From Alphaproteobacteria bacterium (lineage in GTDB: Bacteria; Pseudomonadota; Alphaproteobacteria; JAAXGF01): DNA of 64,000 nt. Positions within the stretch are counted from its first letter, which is position 1. Each line of letters begins with the position of its first letter. Both the position numbers and the translations under genes were made by a program. Below the pieces are notes generated by a model. That model was not told the origin of the DNA. It searched no databases and saw nothing but the letters and a program-made list of their open reading frames with translations. The stretch covers positions 2,176,001 through 2,240,000 of the forward strand of contig CAUVXB020000002.1 in NCBI GenBank assembly GCA_963555825.3, read 5' to 3'. Positions 50,348 to 60,728 of the stretch are shown piece by piece.

Positions 50348-50981
50348 ATGCTGGTTCTCTACTACGCTCCGGACACCTGCGCCCTTGCATCTCATATCGC
50401 GCTCGAAGATGCGGGCGCGGAGTACCGTCTCCGTCGCATCGATTTCGAAAATGAAGAACAACGCGGCCCAGACTATCTGGCGATCAATCCGAAAGGGCGT
50501 GTCCCGGCTCTTGTGGCCACGCGCGGCGTCCTAACGGAGACGCCTGTAATGCTTGCGTATGTGGCCCAGTTTGTATCCCGCCGCACGACTCGCGCCGCTC
50601 GGTGATCCCTTCGCCTTCGGTCAGCTTCAAGCGTTCAACAGCTATGTCTGTTCGACGTTGCATGTGGCGCACGCGCATCGGATGCGCGGCGACCGGTGGG
50701 TCGACGAACCGAAGGCCATCGCCGCGATGCGGCGCAAGGTCCCGGATTCAGTCAGCGCTTGTTACGCATACATCGAAGAGCAGGCGTTCGTCGGTCCGTT
50801 TGTCATGGGCGAGAGCTATACGATCGCCGATCCTTACCTGTTCACCGTCGCACAATGGATCGAGGCCGATGGCGTCGATCCGGCGCAATTTCCGAAAGTT
50901 GCGGCGCATCGTGAAATGATGCGGCAGCGAAAGTCGGTTCAAACCGCGCTTCGCGCAGAGTTCGAGGGGGCTGGAGCATAA
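50348..50981 (+). pseudogene. Glutathione S-transferase with +1 frameshift
   Basis: N-domain (INPKGRVPAL, LTET) and C-domain (YTIADPYLF) in different frames; extra T in CAG T TTG TAT at about 50570. Confidence 0.82.
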
Positions 50982-51194
50982 TTCTGTCGTGCATGAACGC
51001 CTACTTTGCTTCGGGAGCTTTGCAATTCCTCTTCGTCCGGTCCCGGCCAGGACCGGTCATTCAGAGGGCGGCTCGCGCGGGTCCGCTTGCCGCCTGGACA
51101 CGGGCATCGGCGAGCCGGTTTCTCGTGTTCCCGACGATGCGGCCTATCGGCCGCCGTCCTGGCGCGCATTCGTCGCCTCGCGAAGGCGCCCGCG

Positions 51195-51581
51195 TCAATC
51201 GCTGTCGGCGTCGGCGAAGGCGTGGCGCGCGGCGTCCAGGGCGGTATAGGCCGCCGGCCAGCCGACATAGTAGGCCAGATGGATGATCGCCTCGGTGATC
51301 TGCTCGCGCGTCAATCCGGCGTTCAGCCCGCCGCGGATATGAAGCCGCAACGGCGCTTCCTTGCCCAGCGTCATGAGCGCCGCGATGGTCACCAGACTGC
51401 GCAGCGGCAGTTCCAATCCCGGCCGCGTCCAGACCTGACCGAACAAGAACTCATCGGACATGGCGTTGAGATCCGGTGCGATCGCCGCCGATGCATTGTT
51501 GGCGAACGCCTTGTCGAACGCTTCGCCGAACAGCCGGTCGCGTAGGGCGCGGCCAGCGTCGGAATGTTTGTTAGCAGCCAT
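51195..51581 (-). CDS. Carboxymuconolactone decarboxylase family protein
   Basis: FGQVWTRPGL, RSLVTIAAL, LAYYVGWP. Confidence 0.9.
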   Translation of the reverse strand: MAANKHSDAGRALRDRLFGEAFDKAFANNASAAIAPDLNAMSDEFLFGQVWTRPGLELPLRSLVTIAALMTLGKEAPLRLHIRGGLNAGLTREQITEAIIHLAYYVGWPAAYTALDAARHAFADADSD

Positions 51582-51677
51582 GCAGTTCCCTCCATCGGTG
51601 GTCGGGTGAATCGTCGTCGCGAGGACACCCGTTCAGCCCCGACACCCGACGTGCGCGCAGAAGGTCGAGTGATGACC

Positions 51678-51839
51678 CAGGCTAAGTGAAAACGTCATCC
51701 AATTCAGAATTTCGAGTCAGTCTGCTCGATTTCTGAAAGTTTTAGCCTGCCAAGTGACGGATTCGAATGGCACTGAGAATTCAGCGAAGGGGCATAAATC
51801 ACATCACGGGCAAATTTCCGACGTTTTCACTCCGGCCTG
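51678..51839. mobile_element. 162-bp MITE with IS1182-like ends
   Basis: IR CAGGCTAAGTGAAAACGTC / GACGTTTTCACTCCGGCCTG; exact GACC duplication at 51674-51677 and 51840-51843. Confidence 0.8.
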
Positions 51840-51927
51840 GACCCCGTGCAGACTCCCTTCTGAAATAGGTTTGCAGTAGCTTACTTGCGAGCCGTGCGTA
51901 TCCGGCAGGCCGCTTGGAGGTGCAAGG

Positions 51928-52938
51928 ATGGACCCGATTACGGACGTGCGGGAGATTTCGCGGCTCGCCTATGGTTTCAAGGCGAGCAAGGCCCCGCTCG
52001 TCGGCATCGATCTCGACCTTTTCAGCAGGCTATCCGAAACCGCGAAGCAACTGTCGTCGCTTGCCGAGGAAACCGGCATCGCGGAGAACCGCCTCGAAAC
52101 GCTGCTTACGGCGTTGACCAGCCTGGGTCTTCTGGTCAAGACCGAGGGAACCTATGCCAACGCCCCGGCATGCGATGACTACCTGGTGAAGGGCAAGCCC
52201 GCCTATTTCGGCGACTATTTCGGCCTGCAGACCGACCAGTTCATCTTCCCCGCCTTCAACGATCTAGGGGCCGTGATCCGGGGCGACAGCGGTTCCAGCA
52301 TTTGGCGTGACTACGAGACTCTGATGCGGGATGCGGAAACCGCCGAGCGTTTCAGCAGGGGACAGCACGCGGGCTCTCTCGGCCCGGCGATCGCCTTATC
52401 GAAGCAGGTCGATTTCTCCGACAAAACCGCCCTGTTGGACGTGGCCGGCGGTAGCGGCGCCTTCACGATCATGCTGTGCAAGCGAAACCCGGGCCTTGCG
52501 GCCACCATCTTCGATTTTCCGACGGCGCTGCCGGTCGCCAGGCAGTTCGTCGCCGAGGCGGGCCTGGACGGACGGGTCGAATTCGTCGGTGGTAACGCGA
52601 TCACCGGGGAATGGCCGCAAGGCCACGACGCGGTCCTGATGTCATTTCTGTTCAGCGCCGTCGGTGAAGACGCCCTTCCCGTGTTGCTGGAAAAGGCCCA
52701 TGGCGCGCTTCCCGCCGGCGGCGCACTGATCGTCCACGACTTCATGGTCGAGGACGACAAAACCGGCCCCCGCGACGCCGCGCTGTGGTTCCTGACGTGC
52801 ATGTTCAATTGTCCGGAAGCCGTCGTCCTGACGCCAGATCTCGTCCAGGGACTGGTCGAGGGCGCCGGCTTCGAGAATGCCGAGGCGCGGGATTTGATCC
52901 CCGGCCTTACCAAGGTGATCGTGGCGCGCAAGCCCTGA
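51928..52938 (+). CDS. O-methyltransferase family 2 (dimerisation + SAM domain)
   Basis: LLDVAGGSG, IFDFP, LIVHDF. Confidence 0.87.
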   Translation: MDPITDVREISRLAYGFKASKAPLVGIDLDLFSRLSETAKQLSSLAEETGIAENRLETLLTALTSLGLLVKTEGTYANAPACDDYLVKGKPAYFGDYFGLQTDQFIFPAFNDLGAVIRGDSGSSIWRDYETLMRDAETAERFSRGQHAGSLGPAIALSKQVDFSDKTALLDVAGGSGAFTIMLCKRNPGLAATIFDFPTALPVARQFVAEAGLDGRVEFVGGNAITGEWPQGHDAVLMSFLFSAVGEDALPVLLEKAHGALPAGGALIVHDFMVEDDKTGPRDAALWFLTCMFNCPEAVVLTPDLVQGLVEGAGFENAEARDLIPGLTKVIVARKP

Positions 52939-53076
52939 GCAACACCCCCCGAATAGCGCGGGGTCGTGAATACCGACGGCGGCCGATCACGGCATGCGCA
53001 ACATCGTAGCTTCATCGCGGACTGACGTCGCCGATGACCCGACGCGCGATCACGACACCGGTCCCGGCGTCACGCC

Positions 53077-54444
53077 CTAGCGTGCGAGCGTGCCGGGCGG
53101 GGCGTCGCAGGCGAGCGGGATGCGCGGGTAGTAGTAGGCGAGCGTGAGCGCGCGGACCGCCATGAAGATCAGGAAGGCGAGCCACAGGCCGTGGTTGCCC
53201 CAAATCGGCATCAGCGTCCAGGTCGCCGCCAGATAGACCGCGAGCGAGACGATCATCGAGTTGCGCATCTCGGCCGAGCGCGTCGCGCCGATGAAGATGC
53301 CGTCGAACTGAAAGCTCCAGACCGAGATCAGCGGCGCGGCGATCATCCAGGGCAGCACCTCGCGCGCCGCCGCGCGCACCGCGTCGACGTCGGTCAGCAC
53401 GTCGATCACCAGCGTGCCGGCGACCAGATAGGCGGCGGTGAAGGCGACCGCCATGATCAGCGCCCAAAGCGTCGAGGCGCGCACCGTGCCGGCGAGCGCC
53501 GCGCGGTCGCGCGCGCCGACCGCGCGGCCGACCAGCGCCTCGGCCGCGTGGGCGAAGCCGTTGAGCGGGTAGGCCATGAACAAAAAGAGGTTCATCATCA
53601 CCGCGTTGGCGGCGAGCACGACGTCGCCCATCTTGGCGCCCTGCGCGGTGAGGTAGGCGAAGGCCGCGATCAGGCACAGCGTGCGCAGGAAGATGTCGCG
53701 GTTGGTGGCGAACAGGTGGCGCAGCGAGCGCCGCTCGACGATGCGCTCGAGCCGCCAACGGCCGCCCATGCGGCGCAGCGTGCCCGCGACCAGGACCAGG
53801 CCGAGCGCGAGGCCGGCGTATTCGGCGATGATGGTGGCCAGCGCGACGCCCTCGACGGCCATCCCGAGGCCGACGACGAACCACAGATCGAGCACGATGT
53901 TGACCGCGTTGATGACGACCTGCAGGACCAGCGCCGCGCGCGCGTCCTGCATGCCGAGAAACCAGCCCAAAAGCGTGAAGTTGGCGAGCGCCGCCGGCGC
54001 GCCCCAGACGCGGATCGCGAAATAGGCGCGGGCGTGCGTCTCGACCTCGGCGCTCGCCTCGAAGAAGCCCATGGCGAGACCGATGGTCGGCGTCTGCAGG
54101 GCGAGAATGGCGAGCGCGAGTGCGCCGGCGATGATCAGCGAGCGCGCCAGGGTCGCGCGCATCTCGTCGGCGTCGTCGTCGCCGTGTGCCTGGGCGGTCA
54201 GGCCGGTCGTCGCCATGCGCAGGAAGCCGAAGCCCCAATACAGGAAGGAGAAGATCATCGCGCCGACCGCGACCGCGCCGAGATAATAGGCCTCGGGTAG
54301 ATGGCCGACGACGGCGGTGTCGACCGCGCCCAACAGCGGCACCGTGACGTTGGCCGCGATCATCGGCGCGGCGAGCCGCCAGACGCGCCGGTTCCAGTCG
54401 CTGGCGGCGACAGCGCGGGATTGTGTCTGCGTGTGGGCACTCAT
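53077..54444 (-). CDS. dinF: MATE family efflux transporter (DinF-like)
   Basis: VPLLGAVDTAVVGH, FGFLRMATTG, DIFLRT, DGIFIGAT. Confidence 0.88.
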   Translation of the reverse strand: MSAHTQTQSRAVAASDWNRRVWRLAAPMIAANVTVPLLGAVDTAVVGHLPEAYYLGAVAVGAMIFSFLYWGFGFLRMATTGLTAQAHGDDDADEMRATLARSLIIAGALALAILALQTPTIGLAMGFFEASAEVETHARAYFAIRVWGAPAALANFTLLGWFLGMQDARAALVLQVVINAVNIVLDLWFVVGLGMAVEGVALATIIAEYAGLALGLVLVAGTLRRMGGRWRLERIVERRSLRHLFATNRDIFLRTLCLIAAFAYLTAQGAKMGDVVLAANAVMMNLFLFMAYPLNGFAHAAEALVGRAVGARDRAALAGTVRASTLWALIMAVAFTAAYLVAGTLVIDVLTDVDAVRAAAREVLPWMIAAPLISVWSFQFDGIFIGATRSAEMRNSMIVSLAVYLAATWTLMPIWGNHGLWLAFLIFMAVRALTLAYYYPRIPLACDAPPGTLAR

Positions 54445-54474
54445 CGGTCGCGACGCGGGTGCGGCGCCGCGGCC

Positions 54475-55098
54475 CTACGGCGCTTCGCCCGAGGGGAAGG
54501 GGGCGGGCGCCTCGAACAGCTCGGGATCGAGCGCGACGCCGAGCTGGGTGCCGACCAGCGTGATGCGCGTGACATAGCCCTGGGCGTCGACGACGATCCA
54601 TTGGCGCAGATCGAGCGGGTTGTCGGTGAACACCAAGGTGAGCGAGCCGAGTCCCGGGTTGCCGGCCTTCTCGAGCGTGACACGCAGGATCGAAGCCTCG
54701 CGCTCGACGCCTTTGACCAGCACGTCCTCGCCGAAGCGAATGTTCTCGGCGACGAACACCGACGCCGGACTGTCGCCGAGCGGCATCTGGCTGATCTGGC
54801 CGAGGTCGCTATCGATGTAGGTCAGCCATCCGTCGGTGCCGATGATCTTGACGTTGGGCGGCGGCGTGTATTCGATGCGCAGCTGGCCGGGCCGCTGGAT
54901 GTAGAGCGTGCCCTCGCTGACCGCGCCGTCGGCGGCGATCTGCACAAAGCCGGCGCGCAGCGTGTCGATGCCGTTGAGGTAGGCCTCGACGCGGCTGATC
55001 GCCTCGGCCTCTTCGGCCGGCGTCGTCGCCGAGCGCGCGTTCGCGCCGATGACGGCGAGCGCCAGCACAACGACGAGCACGCGTAGAAATCTAGTCAC
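54475..55098 (-). CDS. lolA: Outer membrane lipoprotein carrier LolA family
   Basis: Signal peptide; FVQ, RPGQLRIEY, LRQWIVVDAQG; downstream of ftsK. Confidence 0.85.
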   Translation of the reverse strand: MTRFLRVLVVVLALAVIGANARSATTPAEEAEAISRVEAYLNGIDTLRAGFVQIAADGAVSEGTLYIQRPGQLRIEYTPPPNVKIIGTDGWLTYIDSDLGQISQMPLGDSPASVFVAENIRFGEDVLVKGVEREASILRVTLEKAGNPGLGSLTLVFTDNPLDLRQWIVVDAQGYVTRITLVGTQLGVALDPELFEAPAPFPSGEAP

Positions 55099-55359
55099 GG
55101 CCGATCGGCCTCCGGTCCAGCGGTCAGTATTCGCCTCGGGTCCAGGCGAATGTGGGGTGCACGCCTCGTTGTAGCAACCACCGAGCGCGCGGGAAACCAT
55201 TAGTCCGGTGCTCATGACGGTCTTCCGCCTACCTTGCACAGGCGCGTCTCGGCGCCCATGAACGATAGATAAGGTCAAAATTTATGTCGTACAACGTCCG
55301 TGATTCGCATAGTATCTAAACAATTCTGTTTAGCTTCGGAAAACCCGGGAGGGGCCGAA

Positions 55360-56277
55360 ATGGCGCTCAATTGGGACGATATGCGCATCTTTCTCGCGGT
55401 CGCGCGCGAGGGCAACCTGTCGGCCGCGGCGCGCGCCCTCAAGGTGACCCAGCCGACCGTCGGGCGGCGTCTCAAGGCGGTCGAGGAACGGCTCGCGACG
55501 CGGCTGTTCGACCGCCTGCCCGACGGTTTCGCGCCGACCGCCTCGGGCGCCGCGCTGCTGCCCTTGGCCGAGGCGATGGAACGCGCGGCGGAAGCGGTCG
55601 AGCGCCGCCAAGCGAGCTTCGCCGACGCGGTGTCGGGCACGGTGCGCGTCTCGGCGGTCGAGACCATGGTGCAGTTCATCACCGCGCATCTGACGACGTT
55701 GCAGGCGAGACTCCCCGATATCGATCTCGAGCTCGTCGTGACCCACACCGATGTCAATCTGTCGAAGCGCGAAGCCGATCTGATGATACGCGAGTGCCTG
55801 CCTGACAATCCCGGCCTGATCAGCCGCAAGCTGGGCAGCTTTGCCTATGCGGTGTACGGCGAGGCGGGCTTCGTCGCCCGTCACCCGGCGGCGCGCACGC
55901 ACCGGCGCTACCGCGACTGCCCTTGGGCCGGCTACGACGAGGAGCACGCCTATTTCCTGAACCAGACCTGGCTGTTGGAGCAGCTCGACGGTGCGCTGCC
56001 GGCGGTGCGCGTCAACAACGGCCTGGTGCTGCACGATGCGGTGCGCCAGGCCGCCGGGCTCGGCGTGCTGCCTTGTTTCGCGGGCGATGGCGACGCTGCG
56101 CTGGTCCGCCTGACGCCGCCGATCCACGGCATGCTCTCGACCCAGAACCTGATCGTCCACCGCGATCTGCGCCGGGTGCCGAGCGTGCGTGCCGTGATGG
56201 ACGAGCTGGTCGCGCTGTTCACCGCCGAGGCGCCGCGCCTGCTGGGCCGCGACGAAGGCGTCCGCGAAAGCGCCTAG
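55360..56277 (+). CDS. LysR family transcriptional regulator
   Basis: WDDMRIFLAVAREGNLSAAARALKVTQPTVGRR. Confidence 0.93.
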   Translation: MALNWDDMRIFLAVAREGNLSAAARALKVTQPTVGRRLKAVEERLATRLFDRLPDGFAPTASGAALLPLAEAMERAAEAVERRQASFADAVSGTVRVSAVETMVQFITAHLTTLQARLPDIDLELVVTHTDVNLSKREADLMIRECLPDNPGLISRKLGSFAYAVYGEAGFVARHPAARTHRRYRDCPWAGYDEEHAYFLNQTWLLEQLDGALPAVRVNNGLVLHDAVRQAAGLGVLPCFAGDGDAALVRLTPPIHGMLSTQNLIVHRDLRRVPSVRAVMDELVALFTAEAPRLLGRDEGVRESA

Positions 56278-56312
56278 GGCTTAATCTGTTCGACGGGGAT
56301 CGGTCCAAATCT

Positions 56313-56462
56313 GCTAGCCCGCGCCAGTCTTATTGGGACAAGAGGCGGGCCGCCGACCGTTCGGCCAATCCTTGATCCCATAAAATCGGCTTGATACCAC
56401 AAGATTGGCATGCGCGGCGATTGAGCGCAGGTCATCTTTGCGAAGCAAAGCTGACCGCACAA
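56313..56462. repeat. Intergenic structured repeat, copy 1
   Basis: Homologous to 59084-59213; hairpin GGTCATCTTTGC-GAA-GCAAAGCTGACC; extra internal duplication of about 20 bp. Confidence 0.85.
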
Positions 56463-56467
56463 AAACT

Positions 56468-58876
56468 CTACCCCAAGTCGTTGCCGTCGATATCGCGGGC
56501 CAGTACCTCGCGCTTGCCGACGTGGTTGGCGCGGCTGATCACGCCCTCGGCTTCCATTCGCTCGATGATGCGCGCCGCCCGGTTGTAGCCGATCTGCAGG
56601 TGGCGCTGGACGAAGCTGGTCGAGGCCCTGCGTTCGCGGCAGATCAGCGCGACCGCCTGGTCATAGAGCTGATCATCGCCACCACCGGCCGCCGCGCCGA
56701 GCCCGAGAAGCGGCCGGTCAAGATCTTCCTCGGTGACCTCCTCGATGTAGTCGGGCTTGCCCTGGCTCTTGAGGAACTCCACGACCCGTTCGACCTCGAC
56801 GTCGGAGACGAAGGGGCCGTGGACGCGGGTGATGCGCCCGCCGGTCGACATGTACAGCATGTCGCCCTGCCCCAGGAGCTGCTCGGCGCCCTGCTCGCCC
56901 AGGATCGTCCGGCTGTCGATCTTCGAGGTCACCTGGAAGCTGACGCGGGTCGGGAAGTTGGCCTTGATGGTGCCGGTGATGACGTCGACCGAGGGCCGCT
57001 GCGTCGCCATGATCAGATGGATGCCGGCGGCCCGCGCCATTTGGGCGAGACGCTGGATGGCGCCCTCGACCTCCTTGCCGGCGACCAGCATAAGATCGGC
57101 CATCTCGTCGACCACGACGACGATGAACGGCAAGGTCTCGATCGGCAGTTCCTGCTCTTCGTACACCGGCTCGCCGGTCTCGGCGTCGTAGCCGGTCTGC
57201 ACCCTACGCGTCAGCATCTCACCCTTGGCGAGCGCCTCCTCGATGCGTTTGTTGTAGCCGGCGATGTTGCGCACGCCGAGCCGCGACATGGCGGTGTAGC
57301 GGTTCTCCATCTCGCGCACGGTCCAGCTCAGCGCCACCACCGCCTTGTTCGGGTCGGTGACGACCGGCGCGAGCAGATGCGGGATGTCGTCGTAGACCGA
57401 CAGTTCCAGGACCTTGGGGTCGATCATGATGAACTTGCACTGGTCGGGCGGCAGCCGATACAGCAGCGACAGGATCATGGTGTTGATCGCCACCGATTTG
57501 CCCGAGCCGGTGGTGCCGGCGATCAGGAGATGCGGCATGCGCGAGAGGTCGGTCATCACCGGCGCGCCGCCGATGTCCTTGCCGAGCGCCAGCGTCAGCC
57601 GGGCGGCCGTGCTCTCGTATTCGGGCGCCGCCAGCAGCTCGCGCAGATAGACGCTCTCACGCCGGCTGTTGGGCAACTCGATGCCGATCACGCTGCGGCC
57701 CGGGATCAGCGCGACGCGCACCGAGATCGCGCTCATCGAGCGCGCGATGTCGTCGGCCAGGCTGATCACCCGCGCCGACTTGGTGCCCGGCGCCGGCTCC
57801 AGCTCATAGAGGCTGACGACCGGGCCGGGGCGCACCTTGACGATCTCGCCGTGTACGCCGAAGTCGTCGAGCACCGCCTCCAAGAGCCGCGCGTTCTGCG
57901 CCAGCGCTTCGTCGTTGTCGGCGGTGCTCGCGCCGTGATCGGGCGGCAGGCCCAGCAGGTTCAGCGGCGGCAGCTGATATTCGCCGGGCGAGACCAGATC
58001 GAGCGTTTCCTGGCGCGCGCCGCGCCGGCCGGTCTGCGCGCGCGGCGCGACGATACGCGGCGCGTCGGGCACAGCCTCGCGCTTGACGGGGCCCAACCGG
58101 GGCCCGGTGACCGCGTCCTCGCCGCCGTCCGTTGAAGCGGGGCCACGCAGGCGCGGCTCGATGCGTTCGGCGCGCCGCGCGGCGCCGCGTCGGGCGACCA
58201 GCTCCTCGGATTCGTCGCCGCGCTTGGCGACGATATCCTTGAGGTCACGCGCGCCGCGGCCGAGCCGGCCGGCGAGCCACAAGCCGCCGCGGCCCATGCC
58301 CCGCCATTCTCCGCCGCTGAGGCCCAGCGCGGGGATCATGAGGGCGAGGGTCATCACGCCGCACAGCACGCCGACCAGCCAGGCATCGACGCCGATCATC
58401 GCCGCATGGGGCGAAACGGCGCCGAGCAGCGTCGCGCCCGCGATGCCGCCCATTCCGGCGACCGCCGAGCCGCCTTCCGGCGCGGGCAGCGCGGCGGCGG
58501 CAATCACCCCGGCGGCCAGCGCCGGCACGAGCAACGCGACGCGCAACCAGGGCCGCGTCAGCCGGCGGTGAACCAGCAGGCTCCAGCCCCAGGCGAGCGG
58601 CGCGGCGATCGGCACCAGCGCGGCGACGCCGATGGTCTGGCGCATCAGGTCGGCGATATAGGCGCCGAGCGTCCCGGCGAGGTTGCCGGCGGCCTGTCCG
58701 GCCGCCGTGTTGAGCGAGGGATCGGCGGCGTCGAAACTGAGCAGCGCGAGCGCCAGGAAACCGGCGAACATCATCAGCGCGCCGCCCGAGAGCTCGATAA
58801 GGCGGCGGCGCAGGAAGGCGGTCAGCCCGGCGGGCAGCAGCGTCGGGGTCGTGGCAGCGGTCAAACGACTGGCCAT
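56468..58876 (-). CDS. ftsK: DNA translocase FtsK
   Basis: 4TM N-terminus, [26 protein letters not shown], gamma domain QIGYNRAAR. Confidence 0.96.
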   Translation of the reverse strand: MASRLTAATTPTLLPAGLTAFLRRRLIELSGGALMMFAGFLALALLSFDAADPSLNTAAGQAAGNLAGTLGAYIADLMRQTIGVAALVPIAAPLAWGWSLLVHRRLTRPWLRVALLVPALAAGVIAAAALPAPEGGSAVAGMGGIAGATLLGAVSPHAAMIGVDAWLVGVLCGVMTLALMIPALGLSGGEWRGMGRGGLWLAGRLGRGARDLKDIVAKRGDESEELVARRGAARRAERIEPRLRGPASTDGGEDAVTGPRLGPVKREAVPDAPRIVAPRAQTGRRGARQETLDLVSPGEYQLPPLNLLGLPPDHGASTADNDEALAQNARLLEAVLDDFGVHGEIVKVRPGPVVSLYELEPAPGTKSARVISLADDIARSMSAISVRVALIPGRSVIGIELPNSRRESVYLRELLAAPEYESTAARLTLALGKDIGGAPVMTDLSRMPHLLIAGTTGSGKSVAINTMILSLLYRLPPDQCKFIMIDPKVLELSVYDDIPHLLAPVVTDPNKAVVALSWTVREMENRYTAMSRLGVRNIAGYNKRIEEALAKGEMLTRRVQTGYDAETGEPVYEEQELPIETLPFIVVVVDEMADLMLVAGKEVEGAIQRLAQMARAAGIHLIMATQRPSVDVITGTIKANFPTRVSFQVTSKIDSRTILGEQGAEQLLGQGDMLYMSTGGRITRVHGPFVSDVEVERVVEFLKSQGKPDYIEEVTEEDLDRPLLGLGAAAGGGDDQLYDQAVALICRERRASTSFVQRHLQIGYNRAARIIERMEAEGVISRANHVGKREVLARDIDGNDLG

Positions 58877-59083
58877 GGCACACTCCTCAAGCGCCCGTCG
58901 GCGAACCGATGCCGACGGGAAACAACCAAGGCAAGCCTAGCACGTCACGGATACGAATGCAAAAAAGCTATTACGAGTGTTGTGCTTAGAAGAATTTGTT
59001 GGGTTGAAACCTTAACGAAACCCTCGATCCCGCACCGATTCGGCTACCGCATAGTCCGACAAATTGGAAATTGGTCGGATTAT

Positions 59084-59213
59084 GCCAGCGCGCGCCAATC
59101 TAAATGGGACAAGAGGCGCGCCGCCGACCGTTCGGCCAGCTTTGATTCCATAAGATTGGCATGCGCGGCGATTGAGCGCGGGTCATCCTTGCGACGCAAA
59201 GATGACCGGACAA
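59084..59213. repeat. Intergenic structured repeat, copy 2
   Basis: Homologous to 56313-56462; hairpin GGTCATCCTTGC-GAC-GCAAAGATGACC. Confidence 0.85.
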
Positions 59214-59217
59214 TAGG

Positions 59218-60603
59218 CTACCGTTTCGGCGTCGGTCGTGGAACGTCGGCGAGCGCCGCCTCGCAGGCCGCGCCGACCCGGAGCAGCGCGTTCTCGGTAA
59301 ACGGCCGGCCCATCAGCATCAGCCCAACCGGCAGGCCGCCGCCGTCATCGCCGCAGGGCAGCGTCAGCGCACAGGTCGCCAGCAGGTTGCCCAGGGTCGT
59401 ATTGCCCAGCGCGCGCAGGTTGGTCGCGAGATAGAGCTCGTCGTCGGCGACCAGTGGCGCGATCGGCGGCGGCGCGATCGGCACCGTCGGCGCGAGCAGC
59501 GCGGCGGCGCCCGCCATGCGGGCGTGCAGCCGGCGCGCCGCGTCGGCCAGGCCGCGACGCAGCGCCTCGAGGTCGACGGCGCTGACCTTGGCGCCCAGCC
59601 GGAACCGGTTGAGCACGTTGTGGTAGACCTTGTCGGGCTCGGCCTCGATCGCGTCGCGCCATTGGGCGTAGCCCTCGGCGGCGACCTGGGTGCCATAGCG
59701 GCCGATCAGCGCGATCGCCTCGTCGAACTCGGGCACGTCGATCCAGTCGACCTCGGCGCCGGCCGCGGCGAGGCGCTCGATCGCCACCTTGACGGCCGTC
59801 TCGACGCCAGGCTCCGTCGCGTCCCAGACCACGTTCGCGGCGACCGCCAGGCGCTGGCCGGCGAGCGTCGCACCGGCCAGATCGGCGGTCGGCCGCGCCG
59901 CCAGCACGCCGAGCATGGCGCCCGCGTCGGCGACGTCGCGCGCCAGCGGCCCGATGGTATCCAGGCTCGGCGCCAGCGGCAGCACGCCGTCGACCGGCAC
60001 CAGTCCGATCGTCGTCTTGAGACCGACGACGCCGTTCCACGACGCCGGGATGCGCACCGAACCGCCGGTATCGCTGCCGATCGCGATCGGCGCCAGGCCG
60101 CGCGCGAGCGAGACCGCGGCGCCCGAGGACGAGCCGCCCGGCGCGCGCGCGACCTCGGCGTCGAAGGGGTTGGCCGGCGTGCCGTAATGCGGGTTGATGG
60201 CCAACCCCGAGAAGGCGAATTCGGTGAGGTTGGTTTTCCCTAAGCAGACCATGCCGGCGCGCGTCGCCCGCGCCAGCACCCGCGCGTCGGCCTCGGGCAC
60301 GCGATCGGCGAAGACCGGCGAGCCGCCGGTCGTCGCGACGCCGGCGGAATCGACCAGGTCCTTCCACGAAATCGGCACGCCGTCGAGCGGGCCGATGCGC
60401 CGGCCGGCCTTGGCGCGCTCGCGCGCCGCGCCGGCCTCGGCCAGCGCGCGCTCGGGCGTGGTGCGCAGATAGATGCTGTGATCGGTGTCGGCCGCTTCGA
60501 TGCGGCCGAGGAAGTGCTCGGCCAGCGCCACCGGGTCGATGGCGCCTTCACCGATTCCGGCGCCGAGCTCGAGCGCCGTCATTTCGTGCCATGTTTGTGT
60601 CAT
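59218..60603 (-). CDS. Amidase signature family protein
   Basis: GVPISWKD, PGGSSSG, GSDTGGSVRIPA. Confidence 0.93.
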   Translation of the reverse strand: MTQTWHEMTALELGAGIGEGAIDPVALAEHFLGRIEAADTDHSIYLRTTPERALAEAGAARERAKAGRRIGPLDGVPISWKDLVDSAGVATTGGSPVFADRVPEADARVLARATRAGMVCLGKTNLTEFAFSGLAINPHYGTPANPFDAEVARAPGGSSSGAAVSLARGLAPIAIGSDTGGSVRIPASWNGVVGLKTTIGLVPVDGVLPLAPSLDTIGPLARDVADAGAMLGVLAARPTADLAGATLAGQRLAVAANVVWDATEPGVETAVKVAIERLAAAGAEVDWIDVPEFDEAIALIGRYGTQVAAEGYAQWRDAIEAEPDKVYHNVLNRFRLGAKVSAVDLEALRRGLADAARRLHARMAGAAALLAPTVPIAPPPIAPLVADDELYLATNLRALGNTTLGNLLATCALTLPCGDDGGGLPVGLMLMGRPFTENALLRVGAACEAALADVPRPTPKR

Positions 60604-60728
60604 GCCAAGACCCTATCGCCGGGGCGCGTTTCCTGCAATCGTGCCGAGGCGACCCTTGAATGCGCGCCGGTTCGTCCCGACGTCAGCAAGAGCAGCCACG
60701 TACATCCCCCTTGACGGAAGGATCGACG

